NCBI GenBank assembly: GCA_030153785.1
Contig: JASKLF010000005.1
Span: forward strand, 64,001-128,000
Length of the DNA stretch: 64,000 bases
Origin: a bacterium
GTDB lineage: Bacteria; Synergistota; GBS-1
Direction: 5' to 3'
Part shown: one piece after another, positions 34,270-43,617 of the stretch
Numbering within the stretch: position 1 is the stretch's first letter
How the letters are laid out: the number at the start of each line of letters is the position of its first letter
The notes under the pieces: generated by a model
What the model saw: the letters and a program-made list of their open reading frames with translations, nothing else
Told to the model about the DNA's origin: nothing
Databases searched by the model: none
Program-made: the position numbers and the translations under genes

Positions 34270-35037
34270 TTAAGCCTCCTCGCCAAGGTAAGCTTTTATT
34301 ACTTCCGGATGATTCATTACTTCCTCTGGAGTTCCTTCCGCTATCTTCTTTCCAAAGTTCATACATATTATATGTGGACAGACTTCTACTATCAGGTCCA
34401 TGTGATGTTCTATTACAAGCGTCGTTAGGTTAAATTCCTTGTGAATGGCTACGATGAGCTCGCTCAGTTCCGCTACCTCTTCGGGATTCATGCCGGCGGC
34501 AGGTTCATCGAGAAGCAATAAGGTTGGTTTTAATGCAAGGGCTCTTGCTATTTCAAGCCTTCTCTGGTATCCATAAGGGAGGGTTCCCGCTGGTTGATAA
34601 GCTCTGTCTTTGAGATTTAACTTTTCCAGGTAATACATGCTTTCTTCTACTATCCTTTTCTCATAGGAACGCCACCTGCCAAGGTGAAAACAGGCTTCGA
34701 TGAAGGAGTATGAAAAGTGGTTTTGGCAGGCCGTCATCACATTTTCAAGGGCTGTAGCCCTCGGGAAAAGGCGCAGGTTTTGAAAGGTCCTACCGATACC
34801 TTTCCTCACTATTTCGTAACTTTTTAGCGCGGTTATATCTTCCCCATTAAAGTAAATCTTTCCTTCATCTATGGGGTAGATACCTGTTACTAAGTTAAAT
34901 ATCGTCGTTTTCCCGGCACCGTTGGGTCCTATTAGACCGGCGAGTTCTCCTCGCTTTAGCTCCATAGAGAAATCTTTGACCGCCTCTAAGCCCCCAAATT
35001 TCTTGGTTACGCTTTTAAGCTCTAAGAGTTTTTCCAT
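34270..35037 (-). CDS. livG: Branched-chain amino acid ABC transporter ATPase
   Basis: GPNGAGKTT, RTFQN.RLF, LPYG.QRRLEIARAL, LDEPAAGMN, AYLG. Confidence 0.93.
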   Translation of the reverse strand: MEKLLELKSVTKKFGGLEAVKDFSMELKRGELAGLIGPNGAGKTTIFNLVTGIYPIDEGKIYFNGEDITALKSYEIVRKGIGRTFQNLRLFPRATALENVMTACQNHFSYSFIEACFHLGRWRSYEKRIVEESMYYLEKLNLKDRAYQPAGTLPYGYQRRLEIARALALKPTLLLLDEPAAGMNPEEVAELSELIVAIHKEFNLTTLVIEHHMDLIVEVCPHIICMNFGKKIAEGTPEEVMNHPEVIKAYLGEEA

Positions 35038-35879
35038 GCCTCACCACGCCTTTTAAAGATGGAAAGAAATTCCTTTTCTCCCATGAGTCCCTCGGGTCTG
35101 AAGACCATAACCAATACTAATACCGCCCCGTATATGAGCATTCTATATTGGGAGATTGGTCTGAAAAACTCGGTTACAACTGTTATTATGCCTGTTCCAA
35201 GAATCGTTCCACTTAAAGACCCTAATCCTCCGAAGACTACAACGGCTGTAAGCTCCGTAGATTTCAGTAGGTCAAACATGGTGGGTTGTAGGAAGGTCAT
35301 GAACCCGGCGAACAAGCCTCCTGCGATTCCGCAATAGAATGCCGATATGCATAGACTTATCACCCTGTATCTGGCGGTGTTGAAGCCCAACAAGGACGCT
35401 GCCAGGTAATCATCCCTGCATGCTTTAAAAGCCCTTCCATAGTTGCTTCTTAATATGTTCGATAGGATTAAGGTTAAAATCACAAAGAAGGTAAGTGCCA
35501 CCGGTAGCGTGGTAAAACTTTCTATTCCTGGAAAGCCTCTTGCTCCTCTCGTTACCGGTTCCCAATTTTCTATTATTAGCCTTACGGTTTCTCCGAGACC
35601 AATAGATGCTATTGCGAAATAGTCCCCCATCAGCTTTAAAGTTGGTATCCCTATAAGATAGGCTATGGCAGTTGCAAGAAGCCCCCCAGCTATTACTGCC
35701 GGTAGCCAGTGAAGACCGTGTCTCATGGTTAGTATTGCTGTGGTGTAGCCTCCTATTGCCATGTAGGCGGCATGTCCTAAGGTGAATATCCCTGTAAATC
35801 CTGTAAGCAAGCTTACTCCCATTGCCGCTATGGAGTTTATACACATCAGTATTATGATACCTTCAAGGTAGGCGAACAT
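35022..35879 (-). CDS. livM: Branched-chain amino acid ABC permease
   Basis: GFTG..TLGHAA, GDYFAIAS.G.GE, GGLGSLSG, FRPEGL.G. Confidence 0.9.
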   Translation of the reverse strand: MFAYLEGIIILMCINSIAAMGVSLLTGFTGIFTLGHAAYMAIGGYTTAILTMRHGLHWLPAVIAGGLLATAIAYLIGIPTLKLMGDYFAIASIGLGETVRLIIENWEPVTRGARGFPGIESFTTLPVALTFFVILTLILSNILRSNYGRAFKACRDDYLAASLLGFNTARYRVISLCISAFYCGIAGGLFAGFMTFLQPTMFDLLKSTELTAVVVFGGLGSLSGTILGTGIITVVTEFFRPISQYRMLIYGAVLVLVMVFRPEGLMGEKEFLSIFKRRGEAWKNS

Positions 35880-35890
35880 CTCGTTCCCTC

Positions 35891-36769
35891 CTAAACCTTT
35901 TCTGAAGTTGCCTTTCCTAACAGCCCTGTGGGTTTAAATAGAAGCGTTAAGACGAGCAAGCCGAAGACTACCACATCTCTCATCTGGCTCGATATAAAGC
36001 CTGCGGTAAGCATCTCAGCGGTTCCCAGAATGAGAGAGCCTAAAACGGCTCCTCTTAAGGAGCCCAATCCGCCGACAACGGCGGCAACGAACGCCTTTAT
36101 TGTGATAAAGCCAAGCTGTGGGTATAGGGTATACCTTACCGATAGAAATATACCGCTTATGGCTGCAAGCAACCCGGCCAAGAAGAAGACTATCGATATA
36201 AGCTTATTAACATTCACGCCCATTAGCCCTGCAACTCGGAGGTCGTATGCCGCTGCCCTTATAGCTAATCCCCACTTCGTTTTCTGCAGGAAAAATTCAA
36301 GGCCAGCCAGAAATAGAATTGTGATCACGAAGACGAGGATATCGAAGGAGGAGATGGTCAGGTTTCCTATCCTTATAGGTTCTGTGGGTAAAACAGGTGG
36401 AAGCGCTCTAAACCTTCCTCCTGCAAAAATTACCCAAAAGTTTTCTATGACGATGCTCATTCCCATTGAGGCTATAAGAAGGTATAAAGTTATATTTGTT
36501 CTCTCCCTTATAGGTTTGTAAGCAAGCCTCTCTGTGGCTATGGCGGAAAGTCCGGCTCCGAGAAGCGCTATCAAGCTTGAAATCCAAATGTTGTTTCCCG
36601 TAGAGATTAAGGTATAGTAACATATATATCCTCCGGTTACGAGGAATCCACCATGGGCAAAGTTAGAAAAAAGAAGAATTGAATATACCAAGGAATAGCC
36701 AACCGCTATCAGGGCATAGACCGATCCAAGGGAAAGACCGTTAATTAACTGCTGAATGAAGGCTTCCAA
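35891..36769 (-). CDS. livH: Branched-chain amino acid ABC permease
   Basis: QQLINGL.LGSVYALIAVGYSLVY, NFAHG, KAFVAAVVGGLGS, PTGLLG. Confidence 0.92.
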   Translation of the reverse strand: MEAFIQQLINGLSLGSVYALIAVGYSLVYSILLFSNFAHGGFLVTGGYICYYTLISTGNNIWISSLIALLGAGLSAIATERLAYKPIRERTNITLYLLIASMGMSIVIENFWVIFAGGRFRALPPVLPTEPIRIGNLTISSFDILVFVITILFLAGLEFFLQKTKWGLAIRAAAYDLRVAGLMGVNVNKLISIVFFLAGLLAAISGIFLSVRYTLYPQLGFITIKAFVAAVVGGLGSLRGAVLGSLILGTAEMLTAGFISSQMRDVVVFGLLVLTLLFKPTGLLGKATSEKV

Positions 36770-36795
36770 CCTCGCTTTTCACCTCCAGCTTGCGC

Positions 36796-36835
36796 TTAAA
36801 AGGCAGGGCCATTTTAAAATAACCCTGCCTTTTAA
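36796..36835. terminator. Stem-loop between the binding-protein gene and livH
   Basis: TTAAAAGGCAGGG / CCCTGCCTTTTAA inverted repeat. Confidence 0.65.
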
Positions 36836-36868
36836 AGTCACATTATATTATATCTTAAACTCATGTAT

Positions 36869-38023
36869 CTATTCCTCTTCCGGTCTTACTCTGTCGTAGA
36901 AAACCGCTTTTCCACCTTTGCAAAGAAGAATCACCGCATCCTTATTTAATGGGTCATGTGTGTTGGGGTCTATGGTTATGACGGCGTGAAGAAGTTTTAG
37001 GTTTTTGGTGTTTTCAAGGGCATCCCTTATGGCCTTGGGGTCAGCGGAGCCTGCCCTTCTTATGGCGTCAGCTAAAAGATACATGGCATCGTAAGCGAGG
37101 ATTCCATTTACAAATTCTTTACACTCATCGTTATATTTCTTTCTATACTTTTCGAAGAACGGCTGTAAGGCTGGGTCTTCTGGAGAAACATGGTTTACCC
37201 AATAACTTCCCTCGAGAGCATCTCCCGCTATGTCCCACATGAAATCGGCATATCCGTCTCCTCCCATGAACACTACATCTTTAATTCCAAGCTCCTTTGC
37301 TTGCTTTATGGTGAGGGCCATCTCCTTTCCCATATTGGGAAGGATTATAACATCGGGTTTTGCTTTTGCTATTTCTGTTAACTGGGCTCTAAAGTCCACA
37401 TCTACGCCTCCGCGGAAGGCCAGGTCTGCCACAATTTCTCCTCCGTATCTCTTGTAGTTCTTGATAAAGAATTCACGAAGCCCTTGAGAGTAGTCACTGC
37501 TGACATCGTAGAGTATCGCGGCTTTCTTCAAGTTTAGCTTCTTGGCAGCATAGTAAGCCAACACCTTTCCTTGATAGGGGTCTGTGAAGCATATTCTGAA
37601 GGAATAGGGTCTTACCTTTCCGCTTTCATCTACCGTTACCCTGGGATTGGTAGAAACTGTTCCTATCTGTGGAATTCCAGCACGGTTAACAAGCGGAGCC
37701 ACCGCTATGTTTACTCCTGAGGAGTTTGCTCCGACTATTGCTACCACCTTGTCCTGCTCAATCATTCTCCTCACAGCGTTAACTGCGTCTTCTTGGCGAC
37801 TTCTGAAGTCATAGGGAACGAGCTCGATTTTCATTCCTCCCGGTAATATGCCTGAAGCGTTAATCTCCTCAACTGCAAGCTGTGCCGCTTTAACCTCCGT
37901 TTGTCCGTAAGCTGCCCAGTCGCCCGTTAAAGCTGCTAAGTATCCCACTTTGACTACCGTCTCTGCGTTTGAAACTCCTACAAGCATTAGGGTTAAGCAT
38001 ATCGCTATCAAGAGCTTTTTCAC
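36869..38023 (-). CDS. livK: Branched-chain amino acid ABC substrate-binding protein (LivJ/LivK family)
   Basis: Signal peptide; LTGDWAAYG, STNPRVT, FRICFTDPYQG, DFRAQLT, GGDG. Confidence 0.9.
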   Translation of the reverse strand: MKKLLIAICLTLMLVGVSNAETVVKVGYLAALTGDWAAYGQTEVKAAQLAVEEINASGILPGGMKIELVPYDFRSRQEDAVNAVRRMIEQDKVVAIVGANSSGVNIAVAPLVNRAGIPQIGTVSTNPRVTVDESGKVRPYSFRICFTDPYQGKVLAYYAAKKLNLKKAAILYDVSSDYSQGLREFFIKNYKRYGGEIVADLAFRGGVDVDFRAQLTEIAKAKPDVIILPNMGKEMALTIKQAKELGIKDVVFMGGDGYADFMWDIAGDALEGSYWVNHVSPEDPALQPFFEKYRKKYNDECKEFVNGILAYDAMYLLADAIRRAGSADPKAIRDALENTKNLKLLHAVITIDPNTHDPLNKDAVILLCKGGKAVFYDRVRPEEE

Positions 38024-38055
38024 TAAAAGCCACCTCCTTTAAAAAGATTAAATTG

Positions 38056-38099
38056 TTTACACCTCTTTTATTTTACGATAAAATATAGACTCGTGTAAA
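38056..38099. promoter_or_regulatory. Symmetric divergent sigma70 promoter pair (liv operon / dehydratase)
   Basis: Plus strand TTTACA(38056-61)-N17-TAAAAT(38079-84); minus strand TTTACA(38099-94)-N18-TAAAAT(38075-70). Confidence 0.65.
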
Positions 38100-38131
38100 G
38101 GTGTGTAGCTACATCGGGAGGTGTTTAGTTT

Positions 38132-39100
38132 ATGAACTGCGATATTAATGTAACTCCCTTTGACATTTTAAAGGCTTATAGATTTCTTAAGGATAAGGTG
38201 CTTGAAACTCCCTTAGAGAGAAGTGAGCCTTTGAGCAGGCTTGCAGGGGGAAATGTTTTCTTAAAGCTCGAAAACCTTCAGGTTTGTAGAAGCTTCAAAA
38301 TAAGGGGTGCCTTGAATATAATGTTCAACCTTCCCCATGAATTGAGGAGGAAGGGTGTGGTGACCTGTTCGAGTGGGAATCACGCTCAAGGTGTGGCTAT
38401 AGCTGCTCGTGAGCTTGGGATAAAAAGTGTTATAGTTGTTCCTCAGGATTGTCCCGAGACCAAAAAGGAAGCTATAAAGATGTTCGGCGGAGAGTGGGTA
38501 GATCTTGTGGAGCACGGCCACGGTTACGATGAGGCCTATGTAGAGGCGGAGAGGATATCTAAGGAAGAGGGATTACCTTTTATTCCTCCAGGGGAACATA
38601 AGCTTGTTATGGCTGGTGCTGGGACTATAGGATACGAGGTAATGAAGGAAAATCCCGAGGTTGATGCAATGCTTATCCCTGCTGGTTCCGGCGGATTGAT
38701 GCTTGGCATAGCTACTATAGTTAAGGCTATGTCCCCGAGGGTTAAGATATATGGGGTTCAAAGTGAGGCGTCTCCACCTTGGTATTATTCTTGGCAGGCT
38801 GGAAGATTGGTTGATGTAGAATATAAGCCAAGCCTTTCTGAGGGTACGTGGGGGAGCATTAAAAGATGCATGCTTGAGTTTGCAAGAGACAAGGTGGATG
38901 GCTTCATCCTGGTTTCTGAGGAAGATATAAGAGATGCTATAGCCTTTTCTGTCAAGAAGCTCCATATTTTGGTTGAGGGAGCTGGTGCCCTGGGGATAGC
39001 AGCCGTTCTTTCAGGCAAGTTCGATGTTAAAGGAGGAAACGTGGTTCTCATTGTAAGCGGGGGGAATATCGAAGGAGAGGTTTTAAAGAGGATATTATGA
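38132..39100 (+). CDS. Threonine/serine dehydratase (PLP fold II, no regulatory domain)
   Basis: LKLENLQ...SFKIRGA, SSGNHAQG, GAGTIG.E, GSGGL, VEGAGA, SGGN. Confidence 0.9.
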   Translation: MNCDINVTPFDILKAYRFLKDKVLETPLERSEPLSRLAGGNVFLKLENLQVCRSFKIRGALNIMFNLPHELRRKGVVTCSSGNHAQGVAIAARELGIKSVIVVPQDCPETKKEAIKMFGGEWVDLVEHGHGYDEAYVEAERISKEEGLPFIPPGEHKLVMAGAGTIGYEVMKENPEVDAMLIPAGSGGLMLGIATIVKAMSPRVKIYGVQSEASPPWYYSWQAGRLVDVEYKPSLSEGTWGSIKRCMLEFARDKVDGFILVSEEDIRDAIAFSVKKLHILVEGAGALGIAAVLSGKFDVKGGNVVLIVSGGNIEGEVLKRIL

Positions 39101-39113
39101 GGGTATAAGGTAA

Positions 39114-39142
39114 TTGACAGGGGTTACCCTCCGTTGTAAAAT
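39114..39142 (+). promoter_or_regulatory. sigma70 promoter for cysE-cysK
   Basis: TTGACA-N17-TAAAAT. Confidence 0.75.
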
Positions 39143-39196
39143 GAATACCAATATCAGCTTAATTAAATCAAAGCGGGAGGTGTTCTTTCTTATGGG

Positions 39197-39847
39197 GTGC
39201 GTCGTTTTGTCGAAACCATAAAGGCGGATTTTAAGGCTATCAGGGAAAGGGACCCTGCTCTTCCTCGAGGTTTCCTCGGGATTCTGGAAGCCCTCTTGTG
39301 CTACCCCGGATTTCATGCCATATTCTGCCACAGATTTATACATTTACTTCACGCAAAGCTTAAAGTTCCCTTTCTTCCTCGTTTACTCTCTCAGATCGTT
39401 CGTTTCCTTACAGGCATAGAGATTCATCCTGGTGCTAAGATAGGCAAGGGGTTTTTCATTGACCATGGCATGGGAGTCGTTATAGGTGAGACGGCCGAGA
39501 TTGGCGATAACGTTACCCTTTACCATGGTGTTACTCTTGGAGGAACGGGTAAGGAGAAGGGTAAGAGGCATCCGACCATTGAAGATGGAGTTGTTGTGGG
39601 GGCTGGTGCGAAGGTCTTAGGAAACATAAGAATCGGAAGAAACTCTCGCATTGGAGCTGGAAGTGTGGTTTTAAAGGATGTCCCGCCCAATAGCACTGTA
39701 GTAGGTGTTCCCGGTGTTGTAGTTAAGATAGAGGATGAAAAGGTAGCTTTCCCTTCTTTGAATTCCAGGGTGGAGGAGCTTGAAAAAAGGGTTGCTTATC
39801 TTGAGAGCCTTCTTTTAAGCCGGGTTCGAGGAGGTGAATCCCTGTGA
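39197..39847 (+). CDS. cysE: Serine O-acetyltransferase
   Basis: [48 protein letters not shown]. Confidence 0.95.
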   Translation: MRRFVETIKADFKAIRERDPALPRGFLGILEALLCYPGFHAIFCHRFIHLLHAKLKVPFLPRLLSQIVRFLTGIEIHPGAKIGKGFFIDHGMGVVIGETAEIGDNVTLYHGVTLGGTGKEKGKRHPTIEDGVVVGAGAKVLGNIRIGRNSRIGAGSVVLKDVPPNSTVVGVPGVVVKIEDEKVAFPSLNSRVEELEKRVAYLESLLLSRVRGGESL

Positions 39848-40740
39848 ATGCTCTTTTAAGCGCCGTCGGAAACACGCCGTTAATCAGGCTTAACTATTTT
39901 TCCGGCGAGGTAGAGATATATGCCAAGCTGGAAGGACATAATCCTGGTGGAAGTGTGAAAGATAGACCGGCACTTTTCATGTTTCTCGATGCGCTGAGGA
40001 GGGGGGCTATAGACGGTAAGCGCGGTATAGTTGAGCCTACTTCCGGAAATACGGGGATCGCGCTTTCCATGTTGTGTGCCTATTACCATATACCTTGCGT
40101 ATTGGTAATGCCCGAGAGCATGAGTGTAGAAAGAAGAGCGCTTCTTTCCCTTTATGGTGCGGAAATAGTTTTGACTCCAGCGAAGGATGGCATGAGAGGG
40201 GCTATAGAGGAGGCCAAAAGGATATCCTTGGAGAGAGGTTTTTTTATGCCGGACCAGTTTTCTAACCCTGAGAATGTCAAAGCTCATTTTTTGACCACCG
40301 GTCCTGAAATATTGGCTCAGATGAGCTATTCCAAGATAGATGCCTTTGTAGCGGGTATAGGCACTGGGGGAACGATAACGGGGGTTGGAAGGGTTTTGAA
40401 ATCCTTCTATCCAGATGTTAGGGTAGTAGGGGTTGAGCCATCATCTTCAAGTGTTCTTTCTGGTGGCTCTCCTGGCCCTCACAAGATTCAGGGGATAGGG
40501 GCGGGATTCATCCCTCCCATTTTAGATAGATCCCTTTTAGATGAGATAATAAGAGTGGACGATGAGGAGGCTTTGGAGCTGGCAAAGCTCCTTCCCAAGA
40601 AGGAAGGGATTTCGGTGGGAATATCCTCTGGCGCTAACCTTAGCGCTTCTCTTAAGATTGCGAAAAGTTTTTCGCCCGGCTCTAAAATAGTTACCGTCTT
40701 CCCCGATAGGGCTGACAAATATATTTCTGTTTTGCTTTGA
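39844..40740 (+). CDS. cysK: Cysteine synthase
   Basis: [45 protein letters not shown]. Confidence 0.94.
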   Translation: MNALLSAVGNTPLIRLNYFSGEVEIYAKLEGHNPGGSVKDRPALFMFLDALRRGAIDGKRGIVEPTSGNTGIALSMLCAYYHIPCVLVMPESMSVERRALLSLYGAEIVLTPAKDGMRGAIEEAKRISLERGFFMPDQFSNPENVKAHFLTTGPEILAQMSYSKIDAFVAGIGTGGTITGVGRVLKSFYPDVRVVGVEPSSSSVLSGGSPGPHKIQGIGAGFIPPILDRSLLDEIIRVDDEEALELAKLLPKKEGISVGISSGANLSASLKIAKSFSPGSKIVTVFPDRADKYISVLL

Positions 40741-40743
40741 CCC

Positions 40744-40778
40744 TTAAAGGGGGCTTTTTAAAGCCCCCTTTAATTTTT
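40744..40778 (+). terminator. Intrinsic terminator after cysK
   Basis: TTAAAGGGGGCTTT / AAAGCCCCCTTTAA followed by TTTTT. Confidence 0.8.
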
Positions 40779-40783
40779 GGTTA

Positions 40784-40812
40784 TTGACAGTTTTCCTCTT
40801 TAGGTTTATAAT
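40784..40812 (+). promoter_or_regulatory. Consensus sigma70 promoter of the ylxM-ffh operon
   Basis: TTGACA-N17-TATAAT, perfect consensus. Confidence 0.85.
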
Positions 40813-40850
40813 CTACTTCGCTTTGTAAACTATTTTAGGTTAACAGGTAA

Positions 40851-41222
40851 GTGATGAAGGTGGATCGCTTTTTCGTTTGCTTGCTGATAGACTTTTATGG
40901 GGGGTTGTTGACCCCAAATCAAAGGGAGATAATGAAGCTTTATTATGAAGATGACCTTTCTTTAGGGGAAATAGCGGAGGAGTTTGGTATAAGCAGACAG
41001 GCTGTTTACTACACCCTTAAAAGGGGGTTAAACAGGCTTAAAAGGATAGAGGAGAAGCTTGGCTTGGTTAAGAGATTTATCGAACATTTTACTCTCTTCG
41101 AAGAGATTAAGAGGGAAATAGATGCGGTTTTAAACGGCCTTCCCTACGAGAGCAGGGTTAAGCTTGAGGCGATTCTCGGAAAGATAGATGGTTTAATAGA
41201 ACGGGGGGATTTGCTTGTTTGA
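40851..41222 (+). CDS. ylxM: YlxM-family (SRP-associated) HTH protein
   Basis: DFYG.LLT.NQ....LYYEDDLSLGEIAEE.GISRQAVY; directly upstream of ffh. Confidence 0.9.
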   Translation: MMKVDRFFVCLLIDFYGGLLTPNQREIMKLYYEDDLSLGEIAEEFGISRQAVYYTLKRGLNRLKRIEEKLGLVKRFIEHFTLFEEIKREIDAVLNGLPYESRVKLEAILGKIDGLIERGDLLV

Positions 41223-42531
41223 GAAGCTGAGAGAGAGATTCGAGGGAGTAATCTCTCTTTTGCGAAAGAAGGGTAAGCTTTCCGAGGAAGATGTGGATGC
41301 CGTCTTACGGCAGGTAAGGCTTGCACTTCTTGAGGCGGATGTTCATTATAAGGTGGTCAAGGATCTTCTAAGCAAGGTTAAGGAGAGGGCATTGACTCAG
41401 GATGTCTTATCAAGTATTAGCCCCGCTGACCAGATTTTAAAGATACTTTATGAGGAGCTTGTAAATATTATGAAGGGAGGCCATTCGAGATTAAGCTTTT
41501 CTTCCGAAATTCCCTCCCTTTTTATGCTTGTTGGCCTTCAGGGTTCTGGTAAGACCACTACAGCTGTTAAAATCGCCAATCTCCTTAAGAAAGAGGGGAA
41601 AAAGGTCATTTTGGTGGCGGCAGATGTAAAGAGGCCTGCAGCGAAAGAACAGCTTGAGGTTTTGGCTAAGAATGTTGGTGTTCAGGTAGTCAGCGGTAGG
41701 ACACCTTTTGAAGCGGTTGAAGAAGGGGTAAGGGTTGCCAAAGAGAGATTTTGCGAAGCTTTAATAGTGGATTCTGCCGGAAGGCTACATGTGGATGAAG
41801 AGATGCTTGCGGAGCTAAAGGAGCTTTCAGAGCGTTTTAACTTTCAAGAAGTCTTACTTGTAGTTGATTCTATGATGGGGCAGGAGGCTTTAAGGGTTGG
41901 TAGCTCTTTTGCCGATGTTGTTAATTTAACGGGTGTTGTCTTAACCAAGCTTGATGGGGATTCAAGAGGCGGAGCTGCCTTATCTATAGCTCATGTTCTT
42001 GGCAAGCCTATAAAGTTCGTGGGCGTTGGTGAGAGAATAGAGGATATTGAGCCTTTCTACCCCGATAGAATTGTGTCAAGGATTCTTGGAATGGGTGATG
42101 TGGCTACTTTGGTTGAGAAGGTTTCCTTAGCGATCGAGAAGGAGAAAGCTAAGGAGATTGCGAAGAAGCTTAAGAAGGCAGAGTTTACCATGGAGGACCT
42201 CCTTGAGCAATTGAGGCAGATGAGAAACATAGGGCCCTTAGACCAGCTTCTTGACATGATTCCCGGGTTTTCCAGGGTCAAGAAAAAACTTGGTGATGTA
42301 ACCATTGACGAGAGAGAGCTTAAACACATAGAGGCTATTATACTTTCTATGACGCCAGAGGAGAGGAGAAGGCCAGAGATAATAAAGGGAAGTAGGAAGA
42401 GGAGAATTGCTATGGGAAGCGGAACATCGGTTCAGCTTGTTAATCAGGTCTTAAAGCAATATTGGGAGATGAAGGAGATGATGAAAAAGATATCTAAAGG
42501 TGGAGGAAAGATAAAGTTCCCATTTTTCTAA
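41215..42531 (+). CDS. ffh: Signal recognition particle protein
   Basis: ALLEADV, GLQGSGKTT, DSAGR, TKLDGDSRGG, SMTPEER. Confidence 0.97.
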   Translation: MFEKLRERFEGVISLLRKKGKLSEEDVDAVLRQVRLALLEADVHYKVVKDLLSKVKERALTQDVLSSISPADQILKILYEELVNIMKGGHSRLSFSSEIPSLFMLVGLQGSGKTTTAVKIANLLKKEGKKVILVAADVKRPAAKEQLEVLAKNVGVQVVSGRTPFEAVEEGVRVAKERFCEALIVDSAGRLHVDEEMLAELKELSERFNFQEVLLVVDSMMGQEALRVGSSFADVVNLTGVVLTKLDGDSRGGAALSIAHVLGKPIKFVGVGERIEDIEPFYPDRIVSRILGMGDVATLVEKVSLAIEKEKAKEIAKKLKKAEFTMEDLLEQLRQMRNIGPLDQLLDMIPGFSRVKKKLGDVTIDERELKHIEAIILSMTPEERRRPEIIKGSRKRRIAMGSGTSVQLVNQVLKQYWEMKEMMKKISKGGGKIKFPFF

Positions 42532-42567
42532 GTCTAAGTGTAGAAGTCTTTAAGGAGGTGTCTTTTA

Positions 42568-42906
42568 GTGGTTAGGATTCGCCTTACGAGAATGGGCAAA
42601 AAGAAAAAGCCTTTTTATCGCTTGGTGGTTGCGGATTCAAGGGCGCCGAGGGATGGTAAGTTTATAGAGGTTATTGGGTATTACAATCCATTGCCTGAAC
42701 CTCCCGTTATAAAGGTGAACGAGGAAAGAGCGTTGTTATGGTTGGAACGGGGAGCACAACCATCGGATACGGCTAAAAGCTTGCTATCTAAGGTGGGTGT
42801 TTGGGACAAGTTCTGTCAGATGAAAGAAGCTCGTAGGAAGGCGAAGGCCTCTGGGGGTGTAGTGGGTGAAGGATCTAATAGCCTTTCTGGTGAAGTCTCT
42901 GGTTGA
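42568..42906 (+). CDS. rpsP: 30S ribosomal protein S16
   Basis: [33 protein letters not shown]. Confidence 0.97.
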   Translation: MVRIRLTRMGKKKKPFYRLVVADSRAPRDGKFIEVIGYYNPLPEPPVIKVNEERALLWLERGAQPSDTAKSLLSKVGVWDKFCQMKEARRKAKASGGVVGEGSNSLSGEVSG

Positions 42907-43105
42907 TCATCCTGACAAGGTTGAGGTGAAAGCCTTAGAGGGAAAGAAAGCCATCCTTGTGGAAGTTTCGGTTAAGAAGGACGACATGGGCAAGGTCATC
43001 GGAAGAAGGGGACGGCTTATAAAAGCCATAAGGGAGTTATCTCGAGCTGCCGGGATAAAGGTTAAGAAGAAGGTCATGGTGGAGCTTTTAAGTTTGGAAG
43101 AATGA
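42866..43105 (+). CDS. khpA: KH-domain RNA-binding protein
   Basis: [23 protein letters not shown]; lies between rpsP and rimM. Confidence 0.9.
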   Translation: MKDLIAFLVKSLVDHPDKVEVKALEGKKAILVEVSVKKDDMGKVIGRRGRLIKAIRELSRAAGIKVKKKVMVELLSLEE

Positions 43106-43617
43106 GAAGGCGTAAGCTCATAACCGTGGGGAAGGTTGTTGGAGCTCATGGAGTAAAGGGTGTGCTGAAGGTTTTCTCTATGACCGATTTCCCCGAACGG
43201 TTGGAAGAAAGAAAAAGGGTTGTCTTTTACGATGAAGAGGATAATGTGGTTTTCGAAGGGGATTTAGAAAGCTTTTCTATGGAAGGTTCCATTTTTATGA
43301 TGAAGGTTAAAGGCTGTGAGACAAGGGAGATGGCAGAGAGGTTGGTAGGCTCCTTCATAAAGGTGAAAGAGGAGGAGCTTCCCCCCTTGGGTGAGGGAGA
43401 GTATTATTTCCATCAGATAATAGGCCTTAAGGTTTATACTCGGGAAGGAAGGTTCTTGGGAAGGGTCGTGGATATATTGAAAACGGGAGCCAACGACGTT
43501 TTTCACGTTAAGGGAGAAAGGGAGTATATGATACCCGCTCTTAAAAGCGTTGTTAAGGAGATTGATCTTAAAAGGGGTGTAATGATAATAGTTCCGATGG
43601 AGGGCTTGTTGGATTGA
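43102..43617 (+). CDS. rimM: Ribosome maturation factor RimM
   Basis: GKVVGAHGVKG, EYYFHQIIGL, TGANDV, IPALK.VV. Confidence 0.95.
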   Translation: MRRRKLITVGKVVGAHGVKGVLKVFSMTDFPERLEERKRVVFYDEEDNVVFEGDLESFSMEGSIFMMKVKGCETREMAERLVGSFIKVKEEELPPLGEGEYYFHQIIGLKVYTREGRFLGRVVDILKTGANDVFHVKGEREYMIPALKSVVKEIDLKRGVMIIVPMEGLLD

